DNA of 64,000 nucleotides from Hyphomicrobiaceae bacterium (GCA_947472885.1 CANJBX010000006.1:1510-65509); one strand, 5' to 3'. Positions 50,405 through 60,731 are shown, counted from the stretch's first letter. Notes: a model not told the origin generated them from the sequence alone. Translations and numbers: made by a program.

Positions 50405-51091
50405 TTACGCCGCTTCGCCGCGCGCCATCATCCCGGCATTCCGGATCGCCGAAATATTCGCGCGATAGGCGTCCTGTGTGCCACCCTTGAACACGGCGGA
50501 GCCGGCCACCAGCACATTAGCGCCGGCGCGCACGACCTGCGCCGCGTTGTCCGGCGTGATGCCGCCATCGACTTCAATATCAATCGGCCGTCCGCCCGCC
50601 AGTGCGCGCACGCGCGAAATCTTGTCGACTGCGCTCGCGATAAATTTCTGTCCGCCGAAACCCGGATTGACCGACATGACAAGCACGAGATCGACGAGGC
50701 CGATGACGTTCTCGAGGGTCTCGACCGGCGTGCCGGGATTGAGCGTGACGCCGGCCTTCTTGCCGAGCGCGCGGATCGCCTGCAGCGAACGGTGCACATG
50801 CGGGCCGGACTCGACGTGCACGGTGATCTGGTCGCAGCCCGCCTTGGCGAAGGCTTCGAGATACGGATCGCACGGTGCGATCATCAGATGCGCGTCAAAA
50901 AACTTCTTGGTGTGCGGGCGCATCGCCTTGATGACATCCGGCCCGTAGGAAATGTTCGGGACAAAGTGGCCGTCCATGACATCGAGATGCATCCAGTCGG
51001 CGCCGGCCGCATCGACGGCGCGGATTTCCTCGCCCAGCCTGGCGAAGTCGGCGGCGAGGATGGACGGGGCGATGAGGAGGGGACGGGTCAT
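50405..51091 (-). CDS. rpe: Ribulose-phosphate 3-epimerase
   Basis: [45 protein letters not shown].. Confidence 0.95.
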   Translation of the reverse strand: MTRPLLIAPSILAADFARLGEEIRAVDAAGADWMHLDVMDGHFVPNISYGPDVIKAMRPHTKKFFDAHLMIAPCDPYLEAFAKAGCDQITVHVESGPHVHRSLQAIRALGKKAGVTLNPGTPVETLENVIGLVDLVLVMSVNPGFGGQKFIASAVDKISRVRALAGGRPIDIEVDGGITPDNAAQVVRAGANVLVAGSAVFKGGTQDAYRANISAIRNAGMMARGEAA

Positions 51092-51296
51092 GGTGCCTCT
51101 TGGATTCCTCTCTTGGATCGCTGTTCGGGTACCACGCGGGGCCGCGTGCGGCAACGCAGGCAAAAGACGTCCGGACAAGCCTTATTCCGCGCTAATCCGC
51201 CTTGCGCGGAGCAGGCATTTGCGGCGCAGCCCCTGACAAACGCCGGAATTGGTCAGTATATGACCTGTTCCGCGCATGTTTGGCGCCTGGAGAGTC

Positions 51297-52544
51297 ATGA
51301 TGGCACGGGTAGACGCGCTGGTTCTGGGCGCGGGAATTGTCGGAACTTCGGTGGCGCTGCACCTGGCCAAGCGCGGGCTTTCGGTCGCGCTGGTGGACCG
51401 TGCGCAGCCCGGCCATGGCACGTCCTACGGCAACGCCGGCATCATCGAAGGCAGTACGGTTTTTCCGCAATCATTCCCGGACCTTGCGCGTGTCGTGAAG
51501 GTCGCGTTCAAGCAGGCGCCGGAGGCGAATTATCATCTCTCGTTCCTGCCGCAGGTCGCGCCGTGGCTGCTGGCGTTCCGGAAATGGTCGACGCCGGAAA
51601 GACTTATCGAGACGGCGGCGGTCATGCGGCCGATGTTCGCCAAGGCGGTTTCGGAACATGAAGCCATCATGGCGGAATCCGGTTCGGCGAAATATCTGCG
51701 CAAGACCGGCTGGCTGAAACTTTATCGCGAGCAGCGCTCGTTTGAAAAAAACGAGCGCGAACGCGGACTTGCGACGAACTACGGTATTGCGCATCGCGAG
51801 CTGAGCGTCGCTGATACGCACGCGCTTGAGCCTTCGCTGTCGCCGTCCGCGTTTGTCCGGTCGGTATTCTGGCCGGATGTCGCCAGTATTTCCAATCCGC
51901 TGGCCGTTACGCTGGCTTACGCGCAGCGGTTTAGCGCGCTGGGCGGTGTTGTGCTGACCGGCGACGCCCGCAAGCTGCATCGCACGGACGGCCGATGGCG
52001 GATGGATACGGACGCCGGTCATGTCGATGCCACCCAGGTCGTGATCGCGCTCGGGCCGTGGTCCGACGATGTCCTGCCGCAGTTTGGACTGCGTTTTCCG
52101 TTCGGCCTCAAGCGCGGCTATCACTGGCATTTCGGCACCACCGGCAATGCGTCGCTGGCGCGGCCGGTACTCGATGCCGACCGCGGCTATGTCATTACGC
52201 CGATGGAACAAGGCATCCGGCTGACAACAGGTGCGGAATTTGCCGCGCGCGACGCAGCGCCAACGCCGGTGCAGTTCGGCCGCGTGCTGCCGTCCGCGCG
52301 CGAGCTGTTTCCGCTGGGCCAGCCTGTCGAGCCGCAGCCATGGCATGGCGCAAGGCCATGTTTTGCGGATTCGCGTCCCGTAATCGGCCCTGCGCCAGGA
52401 CAACAGAATATGTGGCTCGCGATTGGCCAGGGCCATTGGGGGCTGACGCTTGGCCCCGCGACGGGAAGGCTGCTGGCGGAAATGATGACGGAGGCGACGC
52501 CGTTCATGGATCCCGCGCCATTCCGCGCTGAAAGATTTTTCTAG
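51297..52544 (+). CDS. FAD-dependent oxidoreductase (DadA / glycine-oxidase-like)
   Basis: ..DALVLGAGIVGTSVALHLAKRGLSVALVD.. dinucleotide-binding motif. GGAGAG RBS before the ATG at 51297. Confidence 0.8.
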   Translation: MMARVDALVLGAGIVGTSVALHLAKRGLSVALVDRAQPGHGTSYGNAGIIEGSTVFPQSFPDLARVVKVAFKQAPEANYHLSFLPQVAPWLLAFRKWSTPERLIETAAVMRPMFAKAVSEHEAIMAESGSAKYLRKTGWLKLYREQRSFEKNERERGLATNYGIAHRELSVADTHALEPSLSPSAFVRSVFWPDVASISNPLAVTLAYAQRFSALGGVVLTGDARKLHRTDGRWRMDTDAGHVDATQVVIALGPWSDDVLPQFGLRFPFGLKRGYHWHFGTTGNASLARPVLDADRGYVITPMEQGIRLTTGAEFAARDAAPTPVQFGRVLPSARELFPLGQPVEPQPWHGARPCFADSRPVIGPAPGQQNMWLAIGQGHWGLTLGPATGRLLAEMMTEATPFMDPAPFRAERFF

Positions 52545-53527
52545 CGGAATTTATCCTTGTACGCTGGCTGTGTTCCGGCAAACGGCAATGCGCTTGCTTC
52601 GTACACGCCGCGCGCGACAGACCGGGCGACGACGTTGGCGGCAATAGCACCAAGCCGCATCAGATCGAACACCGGGTTTCCAAGCCGATGTACGCCGGTT
52701 GAAACCGTGAATACGCTATCGCCATCGAGCGGGGTATGGACCGGATAGATCGCCCGGGCGATGCCGTCTTGCGCCATCACGGCAAGAAATCTCGCCTGGG
52801 CTTTTGTCAGGATTGCATCGGTGGCGACAATCGAGAGCGTCGTATTCGTGGCTGACGATCCCCTGGTGCGCGGCACCAGCGCTTCGGCAGGAACGTGGTG
52901 TGGAAAACCGCGTCCGCCAAACTCGTTGTTCTGTTCAAAGGGCGCCGCCCAGAATTGCCCGCTGTCGCCAACCGTCACGCTGCCTGCGGGGTTCACTGCG
53001 GTAAGCGCTGCGATGGTGATATCGCCAAGTTTGTCGGAGGCCGAACCCATGCCGCCCTTGAGATTGAGCGTCAATGCGCCAAGGCCGGCGCCGACACTGC
53101 CCAGCGAAAATTCCGTATCCGCCGCGAAAGCCGCCGTGTAACCAAGTTCGCGATAGGGTGGATAGCGCCCCCATTTCTTGTCGCCGCCATTGAGAAGATC
53201 GAACAGGATCGCGCTCGGCACGATCGGTACCAACGCTTCGCGCATGGCAAAGCCGCGTCCCTGTTCGCGCAGCCACGCTTGCGTGCCTGAAGCTGCGTCG
53301 AGACCGAAGGCCGAGCCTCCGGCAAGCACGATGGCATCGATTTTCTCAACCGTCATGGCGGGATCGAGCAGATCGGTTTCGCGCGTGCCGGGACCGCCGC
53401 CGCGAATGTCGCCAGAGGCAATGACGGGACGGTCGAACACGACGGCTGTGACGCCAGATGCGAGTTTCACATCGTCGGCGTGGCCGACACGGATACCCGC
53501 GACATCGGTGATGAGGTTCTGCGGCAT
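52541..53527 (-). CDS. P1/S58 family peptidase (DmpA / L-aminopeptidase D-esterase-like)
   Basis: ..NLITDVAGIRVGHADD..AIVLAGGSAFGLDAA... The ORF track's start is a TTG at 53554. I prefer the ATG at 53527. Confidence 0.8.
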   Translation of the reverse strand: MPQNLITDVAGIRVGHADDVKLASGVTAVVFDRPVIASGDIRGGGPGTRETDLLDPAMTVEKIDAIVLAGGSAFGLDAASGTQAWLREQGRGFAMREALVPIVPSAILFDLLNGGDKKWGRYPPYRELGYTAAFAADTEFSLGSVGAGLGALTLNLKGGMGSASDKLGDITIAALTAVNPAGSVTVGDSGQFWAAPFEQNNEFGGRGFPHHVPAEALVPRTRGSSATNTTLSIVATDAILTKAQARFLAVMAQDGIARAIYPVHTPLDGDSVFTVSTGVHRLGNPVFDLMRLGAIAANVVARSVARGVYEASALPFAGTQPAYKDKFR

Positions 53528-53617
53528 GCTGGCCCGCGTTGTTGTGTCCGGCAAACTCTATCACGCCCGATCACGTCCCGGCGAGTACGCGGATTGCGGC
53601 TTGCGCACCGCGCCCTC

Positions 53618-54370
53618 ATGTCGCATCTAGTCGCCATGAACGCCGATGTCTCCATCGCCGCCGCGTTGTTTGCCGGTATCCTGAGCTTTCTGTCGCCCTG
53701 CGTGTTGCCGCTGGTGCCACCGTATCTCGTCTATCTGGCGGGTGCCTCGCTCGGCCGCCGCGCCGAGGGCGAAGAGGGCACGGGCGTGAAGCGCGATGCG
53801 GTGTTTGCCTCGCTTCTCTTTGTCGCGGGCTTTTCCACGGTTTTCATCGCGTTCGGCGCGAGCGCGAGCGCCATCGGCTCCCTCGTGCTGCGTTATTCGC
53901 CGCAGCTCGCCATCGTCGCCGGCATCGTCATCATCGTCATGGGCCTGCATTTCCTCGGCCTCACTCGGCTTTCGGTGTTGATGCGCGAGAAACGGCTGGC
54001 GATGGCAAAGCCGGTCGGTCTGTGGGGCGCATATGCGATGGGCCTGGCATTCGCGTTCGGATGGACGCCCTGCATCGGGCCGATCCTCGCGGCCATTCTC
54101 GCCGTCGCCGCGTCGCGCGACACGGTGGCGCAGGGGGCGGGGATGCTCGCGATCTATTCCGCGGGCCTCGGCATTCCGTTCGTGTTGGCGGCGCTTGCTG
54201 TCGAGCCGGCGATGGCGCTGATCGCGCGCTTCCGCCGTCACCTCGAAATCGTCGAGAAGGCCATGGGCGCGTTGCTGGTGCTGACCGGCATCGCGTTTCT
54301 CACCGGCTATGTGTCGGAAGCCGGGTTCTGGCTGCTGGAGATTTTCCCGGCGCTGGGGAAGAACGGATAA
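53618..54370 (+). CDS. ccdA: Cytochrome c biogenesis protein CcdA (DsbD-like thiol:disulfide transporter)
   Basis: ..LSFLSPCVLPLVPPYL..FAFGWTPCIGPIL... The start is uncertain (ATG at 53618 or 53636). Confidence 0.88.
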   Translation: MSHLVAMNADVSIAAALFAGILSFLSPCVLPLVPPYLVYLAGASLGRRAEGEEGTGVKRDAVFASLLFVAGFSTVFIAFGASASAIGSLVLRYSPQLAIVAGIVIIVMGLHFLGLTRLSVLMREKRLAMAKPVGLWGAYAMGLAFAFGWTPCIGPILAAILAVAASRDTVAQGAGMLAIYSAGLGIPFVLAALAVEPAMALIARFRRHLEIVEKAMGALLVLTGIAFLTGYVSEAGFWLLEIFPALGKNG

Positions 54371-54445
54371 AACCAATCTCAATTGCTACAGCAGCCACTC
54401 GTGGAAGTGCGTACGTCGCTTTATGCCTCCTTTAATCATCCACAT

Positions 54446-54778
54446 TCAAAAATAGTCAGCGTCGTCACCTATAAGAACATCGCGGATATTTTGGGGAACG
54501 GGGAAGCCGTATCCACGCCGGAAATTACTCCAAAATAATTGTCCCGATTTGTGCTCATCGCTTGCGTAGATTTCTGAGCCGACTGTTTGAAATGCATGAA
54601 TTAGAGCTTGAGCTCCGTCAAAGCCTAAGGCGTCGCCAGTTCTGAGGCGATCTGGCCAATGAATTTCCCAGTGGCAGGCCCAAGCGTCAATCTCTTGCGT
54701 AGGCGCAAAAATACGAATGGGTACTGATATGTCTTTCGACGCATTTCTCTTTTTCAAAACACGTTCGGCAATAATCAT
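54446..54778 (-). CDS. Hypothetical 110-aa protein in an AT-rich insert
   Basis: MIIAERVLKKRN..WACHWEIHWPDR..GFDGAQALIHAFQTVGSEIY... The longer ORF to 54859 would run through the upstream terminator hairpin. Confidence 0.5.
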   Translation of the reverse strand: MIIAERVLKKRNASKDISVPIRIFAPTQEIDAWACHWEIHWPDRLRTGDALGFDGAQALIHAFQTVGSEIYASDEHKSGQLFWSNFRRGYGFPVPQNIRDVLIGDDADYF

Positions 54779-54821
54779 TTTGTGATCTTTATAAGGACTG
54801 CTGGAATTGGCTAGCTGCCCA

Positions 54822-54858
54822 AACAAAAACCCCCGGAGTTTCCTCCGGGGGTTTTGCA
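54822..54858 (-). terminator. Rho-independent terminator of the liv operon (CTCCGGGGG-gaaa-CTCCGGGGG pairing on the minus strand, followed by TTTTTGTTT)
   Basis: Read directly: AAAACCCCCGGAG-tttc-CTCCGGGGGTTTT on the plus strand. Confidence 0.85.
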
Positions 54859-54877
54859 TTTCTGCGATTGAGAAGAA

Positions 54878-55996
54878 CTACTCAAGCTCTTCGTAGGTGA
54901 TCTTGCCCTGCGCGTTCTTCTTCCAGACGTACATCACGTAATCGAGGCGGGTGATGTCGCCCTTCTTGTCGTAGGTAATGTCACCGATCACGGTCGAGAA
55001 CTTCATGCCCGAGCGCATCATGTCCGCGACCTTCTTGGGATCGACCGACTTCGCGGCTTCCGCAGCCTGCTTGATGATCTGCACGGCGGCGTAGCTGTAG
55101 AGCGTGTAGGCCTGCGGTTCGAAGTTCTTGGCACGGAACTTCGCGACCACGTCCTTGGCTTGCGGGCGCTTGCGCGGGTCGGGGCCGTAGGTCATCAGCG
55201 TGCCTTCAGCGCCGGGACCGGCAATCGAGGCGAACTCGTCGTCGGTGATGCCGTCGCCGCCCATCAGCGGCGCCCTGACGCCCTGGTCGCGCATCTGCCG
55301 CACCAGCAAACCGCCGGTGTCATGCAGGCCGCCCCAGTAGATCAGGTCCGCGCCCGAGGCCTTCACCTTGGAGACGACCGCCGAGAAATCCTTGTCGTCC
55401 TTGTTGACGCCTTCGTAGAGAACTTCCTTCAGGCCGCCCTTGTTGATGGTGGCGCGCGCGACATCCGCAAGGCCCTGACCGTAAGTGGTCTTGTCGTGGA
55501 TGACGGCAATCTTCTTGCCGGCAAACTTCTTCAGGATGTATTCGCCAGCAACGGTGCCCTGCTGGTCGTCACGGCCGCAGGTGCGGAAGATGTTCCACAT
55601 GCCACGATCCGTGACCTTCGGATTGGTGGAGGCGGGCGTGATCTGGAGGATGCCGTTCTCCTGATAAACTTCCGACGCCGGCATGGAGACGCCGGAGTTG
55701 AAGTGACCGATGACGAATTTCACGCCATCGGCAGCGAACTTGTTGGCGACGGAGACGCCTTCCTTCGGATCGGCGCGATCGTCGCCCTGCGAGATGGTGA
55801 GTTTCTGGCCGAGGATGCCGCCGGCGGCGTTGATGTCGGCGATGGCCTGTTCGGCGCCGTTCTTGAGCTGTGCACCGAAGGCGGCGCTGCCGCCCGTGAT
55901 CGGTCCGCCGACACCGAACTTGATCTGTGCCGAGGCCGCGCCTGCAACCACCAGGCTGGTGGCGAGGGTAATGGCGAATGCAATGCGTTTGGTCAT
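54878..55996 (-). CDS. Branched-chain amino acid ABC transporter substrate-binding protein (LivJ/LivK-like)
   Basis: Signal peptide MTKRIAFAITLATSLVVAGAASAQ. ..IKFGVGGPITGGSAAFGAQ..VIGHFNSG... GGGAGA RBS. Confidence 0.9.
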   Translation of the reverse strand: MTKRIAFAITLATSLVVAGAASAQIKFGVGGPITGGSAAFGAQLKNGAEQAIADINAAGGILGQKLTISQGDDRADPKEGVSVANKFAADGVKFVIGHFNSGVSMPASEVYQENGILQITPASTNPKVTDRGMWNIFRTCGRDDQQGTVAGEYILKKFAGKKIAVIHDKTTYGQGLADVARATINKGGLKEVLYEGVNKDDKDFSAVVSKVKASGADLIYWGGLHDTGGLLVRQMRDQGVRAPLMGGDGITDDEFASIAGPGAEGTLMTYGPDPRKRPQAKDVVAKFRAKNFEPQAYTLYSYAAVQIIKQAAEAAKSVDPKKVADMMRSGMKFSTVIGDITYDKKGDITRLDYVMYVWKKNAQGKITYEELE

Positions 55997-56164
55997 GCCG
56001 TTCTCCCATGAAGTGGTCCGCAGCGTCATCGCAGGCAACCACAATCGGACCTGATTCAATCGTGGAATCGGGCAAATGTCACTTGGCTAATGGCTCAATT
56101 TTCGGGCTTTGGTTTATTGTCCTCGGCCCCGGACCTCGGCTGCGACGCCGTGCCGCGCCGGCTT

Positions 56165-56479
56165 TCAGGGGCGCAGAAAGCCGTATTGCCGCGCCATCTG
56201 GCGCTGACGGGTTAACCGATAGCCTGCGAGGGCCGCGGCGAGAATGAAAAGCGTATCCACTACGAAATACTGCGGCGAGACGAACGTCGCGCCGAACAGG
56301 GCGAAATGGATAAACCGGATACCGGCGCCGCAGCCGATGGCGGCCGGGATCAGCGTCCAGCGCGGCTGCCAGTTGATCGCGATGGCGCGGCCCGAGAGCC
56401 AGCCTGCCGCACCGCCCATGACGATGGTGACGAGCAGGAATGTTCCAAGGCTTGCTTCTTCGTAAAGGATGCCCTGCAT
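56165..56479 (-). CDS. Small integral membrane protein (3 TM) embedded in the liv operon
   Basis: 104 aa, hydrophobic. Located between livF and the binding-protein gene. Confidence 0.6.
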   Translation of the reverse strand: MQGILYEEASLGTFLLVTIVMGGAAGWLSGRAIAINWQPRWTLIPAAIGCGAGIRFIHFALFGATFVSPQYFVVDTLFILAAALAGYRLTRQRQMARQYGFLRP

Positions 56480-56493
56480 CTCAAGCCTTCCCT

Positions 56494-57222
56494 TTAAGCC
56501 TTCCTGCCGCCATCGAGATAGGCTGCGCGCACGTCCGCGCTGTCGAGCAATTCGCGGCCTGTGCCGGACAGGGTAATGAGGCCGTTGACCATCACATAGC
56601 CGCGATGCGCCAGCGAGAGCGCGTGATAGGCGTTCTGCTCGACCAGAAACACCGTGAGCTTTTCGCGCGTGTTGAGGTCGCGGATGAGATCGAAGACCTG
56701 CTGTGCGACCAGCGGCGCAAGGCCCAGCGAAGGCTCGTCCAGCAGCAGAAGCCGGGGACGGCCCATCAGCGCACGCGCGATGGCAAGCATCTGCTGTTCG
56801 CCGCCCGAGAGCGTGCCGCCGCGCTGGTGCAGGCGTTCCTTCAGCCGCGGCAGCAATGTGAAGATGCGCTCCAGGTCGTCTGCGGTTTGCGTGCCGTCGG
56901 TCATGCAGGTGCCGATCTGGAGATTTTCACGCACGGTCATGCGCGGAAAAATCCGCCGGCCTTCCGGCGACTGTGCGATGCGCAGGCGGGCGATTTCGTG
57001 GGTCGGCAGGTCGGTGATGTTGGTGCCGCCGAACGTGATGCTGCCTTCGCGCGCGCGCGGATTGCCGAAGATCGTCATCATCAGGGTGGACTTGCCGGCG
57101 CCGTTGGCGCCGATCAATGTGACGATCTCGCCGTCGTTGACGTCGAGATTGACGCCGCGCAAGGCAGGGATGTTGCCGTAATAGGTGTGAACGCCCTGAA
57201 TGCGAAGCAGCGGCTCGCTCAC
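56494..57222 (-). CDS. livF: Branched-chain amino acid ABC transporter ATP-binding protein LivF
   Basis: Walker A GANGAGKST, signature LSGGEQQML, Walker B LLLLDEPS. Confidence 0.92.
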   Translation of the reverse strand: MSEPLLRIQGVHTYYGNIPALRGVNLDVNDGEIVTLIGANGAGKSTLMMTIFGNPRAREGSITFGGTNITDLPTHEIARLRIAQSPEGRRIFPRMTVRENLQIGTCMTDGTQTADDLERIFTLLPRLKERLHQRGGTLSGGEQQMLAIARALMGRPRLLLLDEPSLGLAPLVAQQVFDLIRDLNTREKLTVFLVEQNAYHALSLAHRGYVMVNGLITLSGTGRELLDSADVRAAYLDGGRKA

Positions 57223-58151
57223 GGTGCGGCCTCCAAAGCAATCCGGGCTTCGACTTTGGCGACGTCCTTCTCGGCGACACCGAGATAGGCGGCGATCACT
57301 TTTGGATCGTTGCGCACGAAGGCTGCGGTGCCCTCCGAAATCTTCACGCCGTGATCCAGCACCACCAGATGATCGGAAATCTCCATCACCAGCGACATGT
57401 CGTGTTCGATCAGGAGGACGGCAGTGTTGTGGCCGTCGCGGATCGAACGGATGAGGTCGGCAAGGTCGGCCTTCTCGCGCGGATTAAGTCCGGCGGCAGG
57501 TTCGTCGAGGCAAAGTAAAACCGGATCGGTACACATGGCGCGTGCGATTTCGAGGCGGCGCTGGTCGCCATAAGGCAATTCGCCGGCGGGGTCGTCGGCG
57601 CGATCCGCAAGTCCAATGGTGGCGAGCCAGCGCTGGGCCTTCTCGATGGCGGCCTGTTCCGCCTTGCCGTAACTGGACAGGCCGAGAACGCCGAAGAATG
57701 TAAAGCCCGACGCTTTCATCAGCGGGTTGTGCTGCGCCACCAGCAGGTTTTCCAGAACCGTCATGCCGGCGAACAGGCGGATATTCTGGAACGTGCGCGC
57801 AACCCGCGCCTGCCGCGCGACGAGATATTCCGGCATGCGTTCGAGGAGATAGAGCGCGCGGTCCTTCCGGCGCAGGTGGCGCTCGCCACGCCGCGTCAGG
57901 AGATCGAGGTCGGCGGCGGAGACGTTCTCGCCGGTCATGCTTTCATGGCGCAGCGCCATGCGGCCTTCGGAGGGTTTGTAGAATCCGGTGATGCAGTTGA
58001 ATACGGTGGTCTTGCCGGCGCCGTTAGGGCCGATCAGCGCGGTGACGTGGCCGTAATGCGCGGTGAGCGATAGGTTGTTGACGGCGGTGAGGCCGCCAAA
58101 GCGCATGGTGAGGTGCTCGACTTCGAGCAAGGTAGCGGCGGACGGCGTCAT
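57219..58151 (-). CDS. livG: Branched-chain amino acid ABC transporter ATP-binding protein LivG
   Basis: GPNGAGKTT, ..LPYGDQRRLEIARA.., LLCLDEPAAG. 4-nt overlap with both neighbouring genes. Confidence 0.92.
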   Translation of the reverse strand: MTPSAATLLEVEHLTMRFGGLTAVNNLSLTAHYGHVTALIGPNGAGKTTVFNCITGFYKPSEGRMALRHESMTGENVSAADLDLLTRRGERHLRRKDRALYLLERMPEYLVARQARVARTFQNIRLFAGMTVLENLLVAQHNPLMKASGFTFFGVLGLSSYGKAEQAAIEKAQRWLATIGLADRADDPAGELPYGDQRRLEIARAMCTDPVLLCLDEPAAGLNPREKADLADLIRSIRDGHNTAVLLIEHDMSLVMEISDHLVVLDHGVKISEGTAAFVRNDPKVIAAYLGVAEKDVAKVEARIALEAAP

Positions 58152-59518
58152 CCGTGGCCTTCCTTGACGAGATCGCGCGAAATGACCTTGCGCTCTTTCA
58201 GGAATACGGAAGGCTCGCGCGTCGAGACGAGCCCGCGCGGCTTCCAGATCATGATGGCGACCATGGCAAAGCCGAACAGCAGCATGCGGTATTGCGCGGG
58301 GTCGAAGTCGCGGCCGAATACCTGCTTGAGGAAATCAAGGTCGCGCAGGATTTCCGTGCCGCCGACCATGACAACGGCGGCAATGGCGACGCCGATCTGG
58401 CTGCCCATGCCGCCAAGGACGACGATGGCGAGGATGGTGGCGGATTCAAAGAAGGTGAAGGACTCCGGCGAGATGAAGCCCTGACGCGCCGCGAAAAAAG
58501 AACCGGCGAAGCCCGCGAACATCGCGCCGATGGCGAAAGCGGTGAGCTTGGTCGAGGTCGTGTTGATGCCGAGCGAGCGGCAGGCGATCTCGTCTTCGCG
58601 GAGCGCCTCCCAGGCGCGGCCGATGGGGAGGCGGCGCAGCCGCAACGTCACGAAGGCCGTGAGCAGCGCAAGCGCGAGGATGAGATAGTAGAGAAAGATC
58701 GTCCGGTAGATCGGACTGAAGGGCAGGCCGAAGGTTGCCGCGAAGCCGTCGTCACTGGCATTGAACGGAATGCCGAAGAACGACGGCCGCGGCACACCGC
58801 TGATGCCGGCATAGCCATTCGTCACTGGAATCCAGTTGATCAGCACGAGGCGGATGATTTCGCCAAACGCCATGGTGACGATGGCAAGATAATCGCCGCG
58901 CAATCGCAATACGGGGAAGCCCAGCAGCACGCCCCAGAACGCGGCGAGGATGCCGGCGAGCGGCAGCAGCGCATAAAACGAAAGGCCGAAGGTCTTGGCG
59001 AGCAGCGCGTAGGAATATGCGCCGACGGCGTAGAAGGCGACGTAGCCAAGGTCGAGCAGTCCCGCGAGGCCGACGACGATGTTCAGCCCGAAGCCAAGCA
59101 TCACATAGATCAGGATCTGGATGCCGAAATTGTCGATCCACTTCAGCGAGCCGCCGGTGCCTGCGAGCAGCAGCGCGATGGCGGGATAGACGATGACAAA
59201 GCCGAGCGCGAAAGGTGCAAAGCGCCGTGACAGGAATTGCGAAATCTTGCCGGGCACGCGTGCCTTGGTCTGCCGCGCCCGCGCCTCGCGCCATGGCACC
59301 AGATAAAGCGAATTCAAAAAACCGCTCGCGGCGAAGATGGCGACAAAGGCGGCGAGCCAGCTAAAGCGCGTCTCGAGGACCAGCGCGTTGTGAATGTTCT
59401 GCACGGTCTTGAAGCCGACCATGGGCAGCAGGATGGCGAAAGCGATCAGGGCTGCGAAAGCGGCATCCTTCAACGCCTTGGCGTAGTCTGGCTGCAGTTG
59501 TTTCGCATCTTCCGCCAT
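58148..59518 (-). CDS. livM: Branched-chain amino acid ABC transporter permease LivM
   Basis: Multi-TM protein. ..LDLGYVAFYAVGAY... The ATG at 59518 lies just after the livH stop (the ORF track's start at 59548 overlaps livH). Confidence 0.9.
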   Translation of the reverse strand: MAEDAKQLQPDYAKALKDAAFAALIAFAILLPMVGFKTVQNIHNALVLETRFSWLAAFVAIFAASGFLNSLYLVPWREARARQTKARVPGKISQFLSRRFAPFALGFVIVYPAIALLLAGTGGSLKWIDNFGIQILIYVMLGFGLNIVVGLAGLLDLGYVAFYAVGAYSYALLAKTFGLSFYALLPLAGILAAFWGVLLGFPVLRLRGDYLAIVTMAFGEIIRLVLINWIPVTNGYAGISGVPRPSFFGIPFNASDDGFAATFGLPFSPIYRTIFLYYLILALALLTAFVTLRLRRLPIGRAWEALREDEIACRSLGINTTSTKLTAFAIGAMFAGFAGSFFAARQGFISPESFTFFESATILAIVVLGGMGSQIGVAIAAVVMVGGTEILRDLDFLKQVFGRDFDPAQYRMLLFGFAMVAIMIWKPRGLVSTREPSVFLKERKVISRDLVKEGHG

Positions 59519-59519
59519 A

Positions 59520-60434
59520 TCAGACCTTCTCGACGTCCGGGCGGCCAAGGATGCCCTGCGGCAGGAAGATCAGTGTGATGGCCAGAATGGAGAAGGCGGC
59601 GACATCCTTGTAGTCGGTGGTGAAATAGGCCGACCAGAAGGTTTCAATGAGCCCGATCAGCAGACCGCCGATCACCGCGCCAGGCAGCGAGCCGATGCCG
59701 CCAAGTACCGCGGCGGTGAATGCCTTGACGCCGGGCGTGAAGCCGTCCGCGAACGAGACGACGCCGTAATACATCAGGTAGAGCGTACCGGCGACGGCGG
59801 CCAGCGCCGCGCCCATGATGAAGGTGATGGCGATGGTGCGGTCGACGTCGATGCCGAGCAAGGCGGCCATCTTCTGGTCCTGCTCGCAGGCGCGTTGCGC
59901 ACGCCCGAGCGGCGTCTTGCTCACGATGTACCAGAATGCGGCGAGCAGGATCGCGGTTACGATCCAGATGATGAGCTGCTTATAAGAGAGCGTGACCTGA
60001 TAGGCCTCGCCGAACAGCACGAACTCGCCGGTGACGAGCGGCGGGATCGACTTGACGCGCGGCCCCTGCGTAACCTGCACGAAGTTCGACAGGAAGATCG
60101 ACATGCCGATGGCGGAGATCAACGGCGCAAGCCGAAACGATCCGCGTAGCGGCCGATAGGCGAAACGCTCGATGGCCCAGCTTGCGACCGAGGTCAGCAG
60201 CATGGCGACCACCAGCACAATCGCCAGCGCCAGCACCACGGAACTGACGCCGAGCCACGCCGTGACGATGAGGAATGCAATCAGCGCGATAAAGGCCGAC
60301 ACCATGAACACATCGCCATGGGCGAAGTTCACCATGCCGATGATGCCGAATACCATCGTGTAGCCGATGGCGATGAGACCGTAGATCGATCCAAGCGTAA
60401 TGCCGTTGATGAGCTGTTGGACGAAAACTTCCAT
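59520..60434 (-). CDS. livH: Branched-chain amino acid ABC transporter permease LivH
   Basis: MEVFVQQLINGITLGSIYGLIAIGYTMVFGIIGMVNFAHGD.. Confidence 0.93.
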   Translation of the reverse strand: MEVFVQQLINGITLGSIYGLIAIGYTMVFGIIGMVNFAHGDVFMVSAFIALIAFLIVTAWLGVSSVVLALAIVLVVAMLLTSVASWAIERFAYRPLRGSFRLAPLISAIGMSIFLSNFVQVTQGPRVKSIPPLVTGEFVLFGEAYQVTLSYKQLIIWIVTAILLAAFWYIVSKTPLGRAQRACEQDQKMAALLGIDVDRTIAITFIMGAALAAVAGTLYLMYYGVVSFADGFTPGVKAFTAAVLGGIGSLPGAVIGGLLIGLIETFWSAYFTTDYKDVAAFSILAITLIFLPQGILGRPDVEKV

Positions 60435-60501
60435 GCGTCAGCCCGCGCCCCCTCCGGCCTCGGTCAAATCACTGGATTCCTTCTACAGTGCCGTTTCGTG
60501 C

Positions 60502-60535
60502 CCGACAACGGCGGCTGATGCTTTGGCGTTGTCGG
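60502..60535. promoter_or_regulatory. 9-bp inverted repeat CCGACAACG-N16-CGTTGTCGG in the liv / hpaB divergent region
   Basis: Read directly, ~70-100 nt upstream of livH. Could be a leader hairpin or an operator. Function unknown. Confidence 0.3.
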
Positions 60536-60731
60536 AGTTAATGCTGGGGCTGCCTAATGTTGTGGCCGGTTCTGCTGCCCCGCATCGAACCTTGGCGCGG
60601 CCCGCCGTTTTATGCCAGCGATCCCCGGTTCCGTGTCTTCAGACCGGGCATGCAGCCAGCCATTTTTCACGCTACAAAGACTGCAAATCGCCCACGCCTT
60701 TTGACCAAGCGGCGAACTCCGGGAGGACCTC

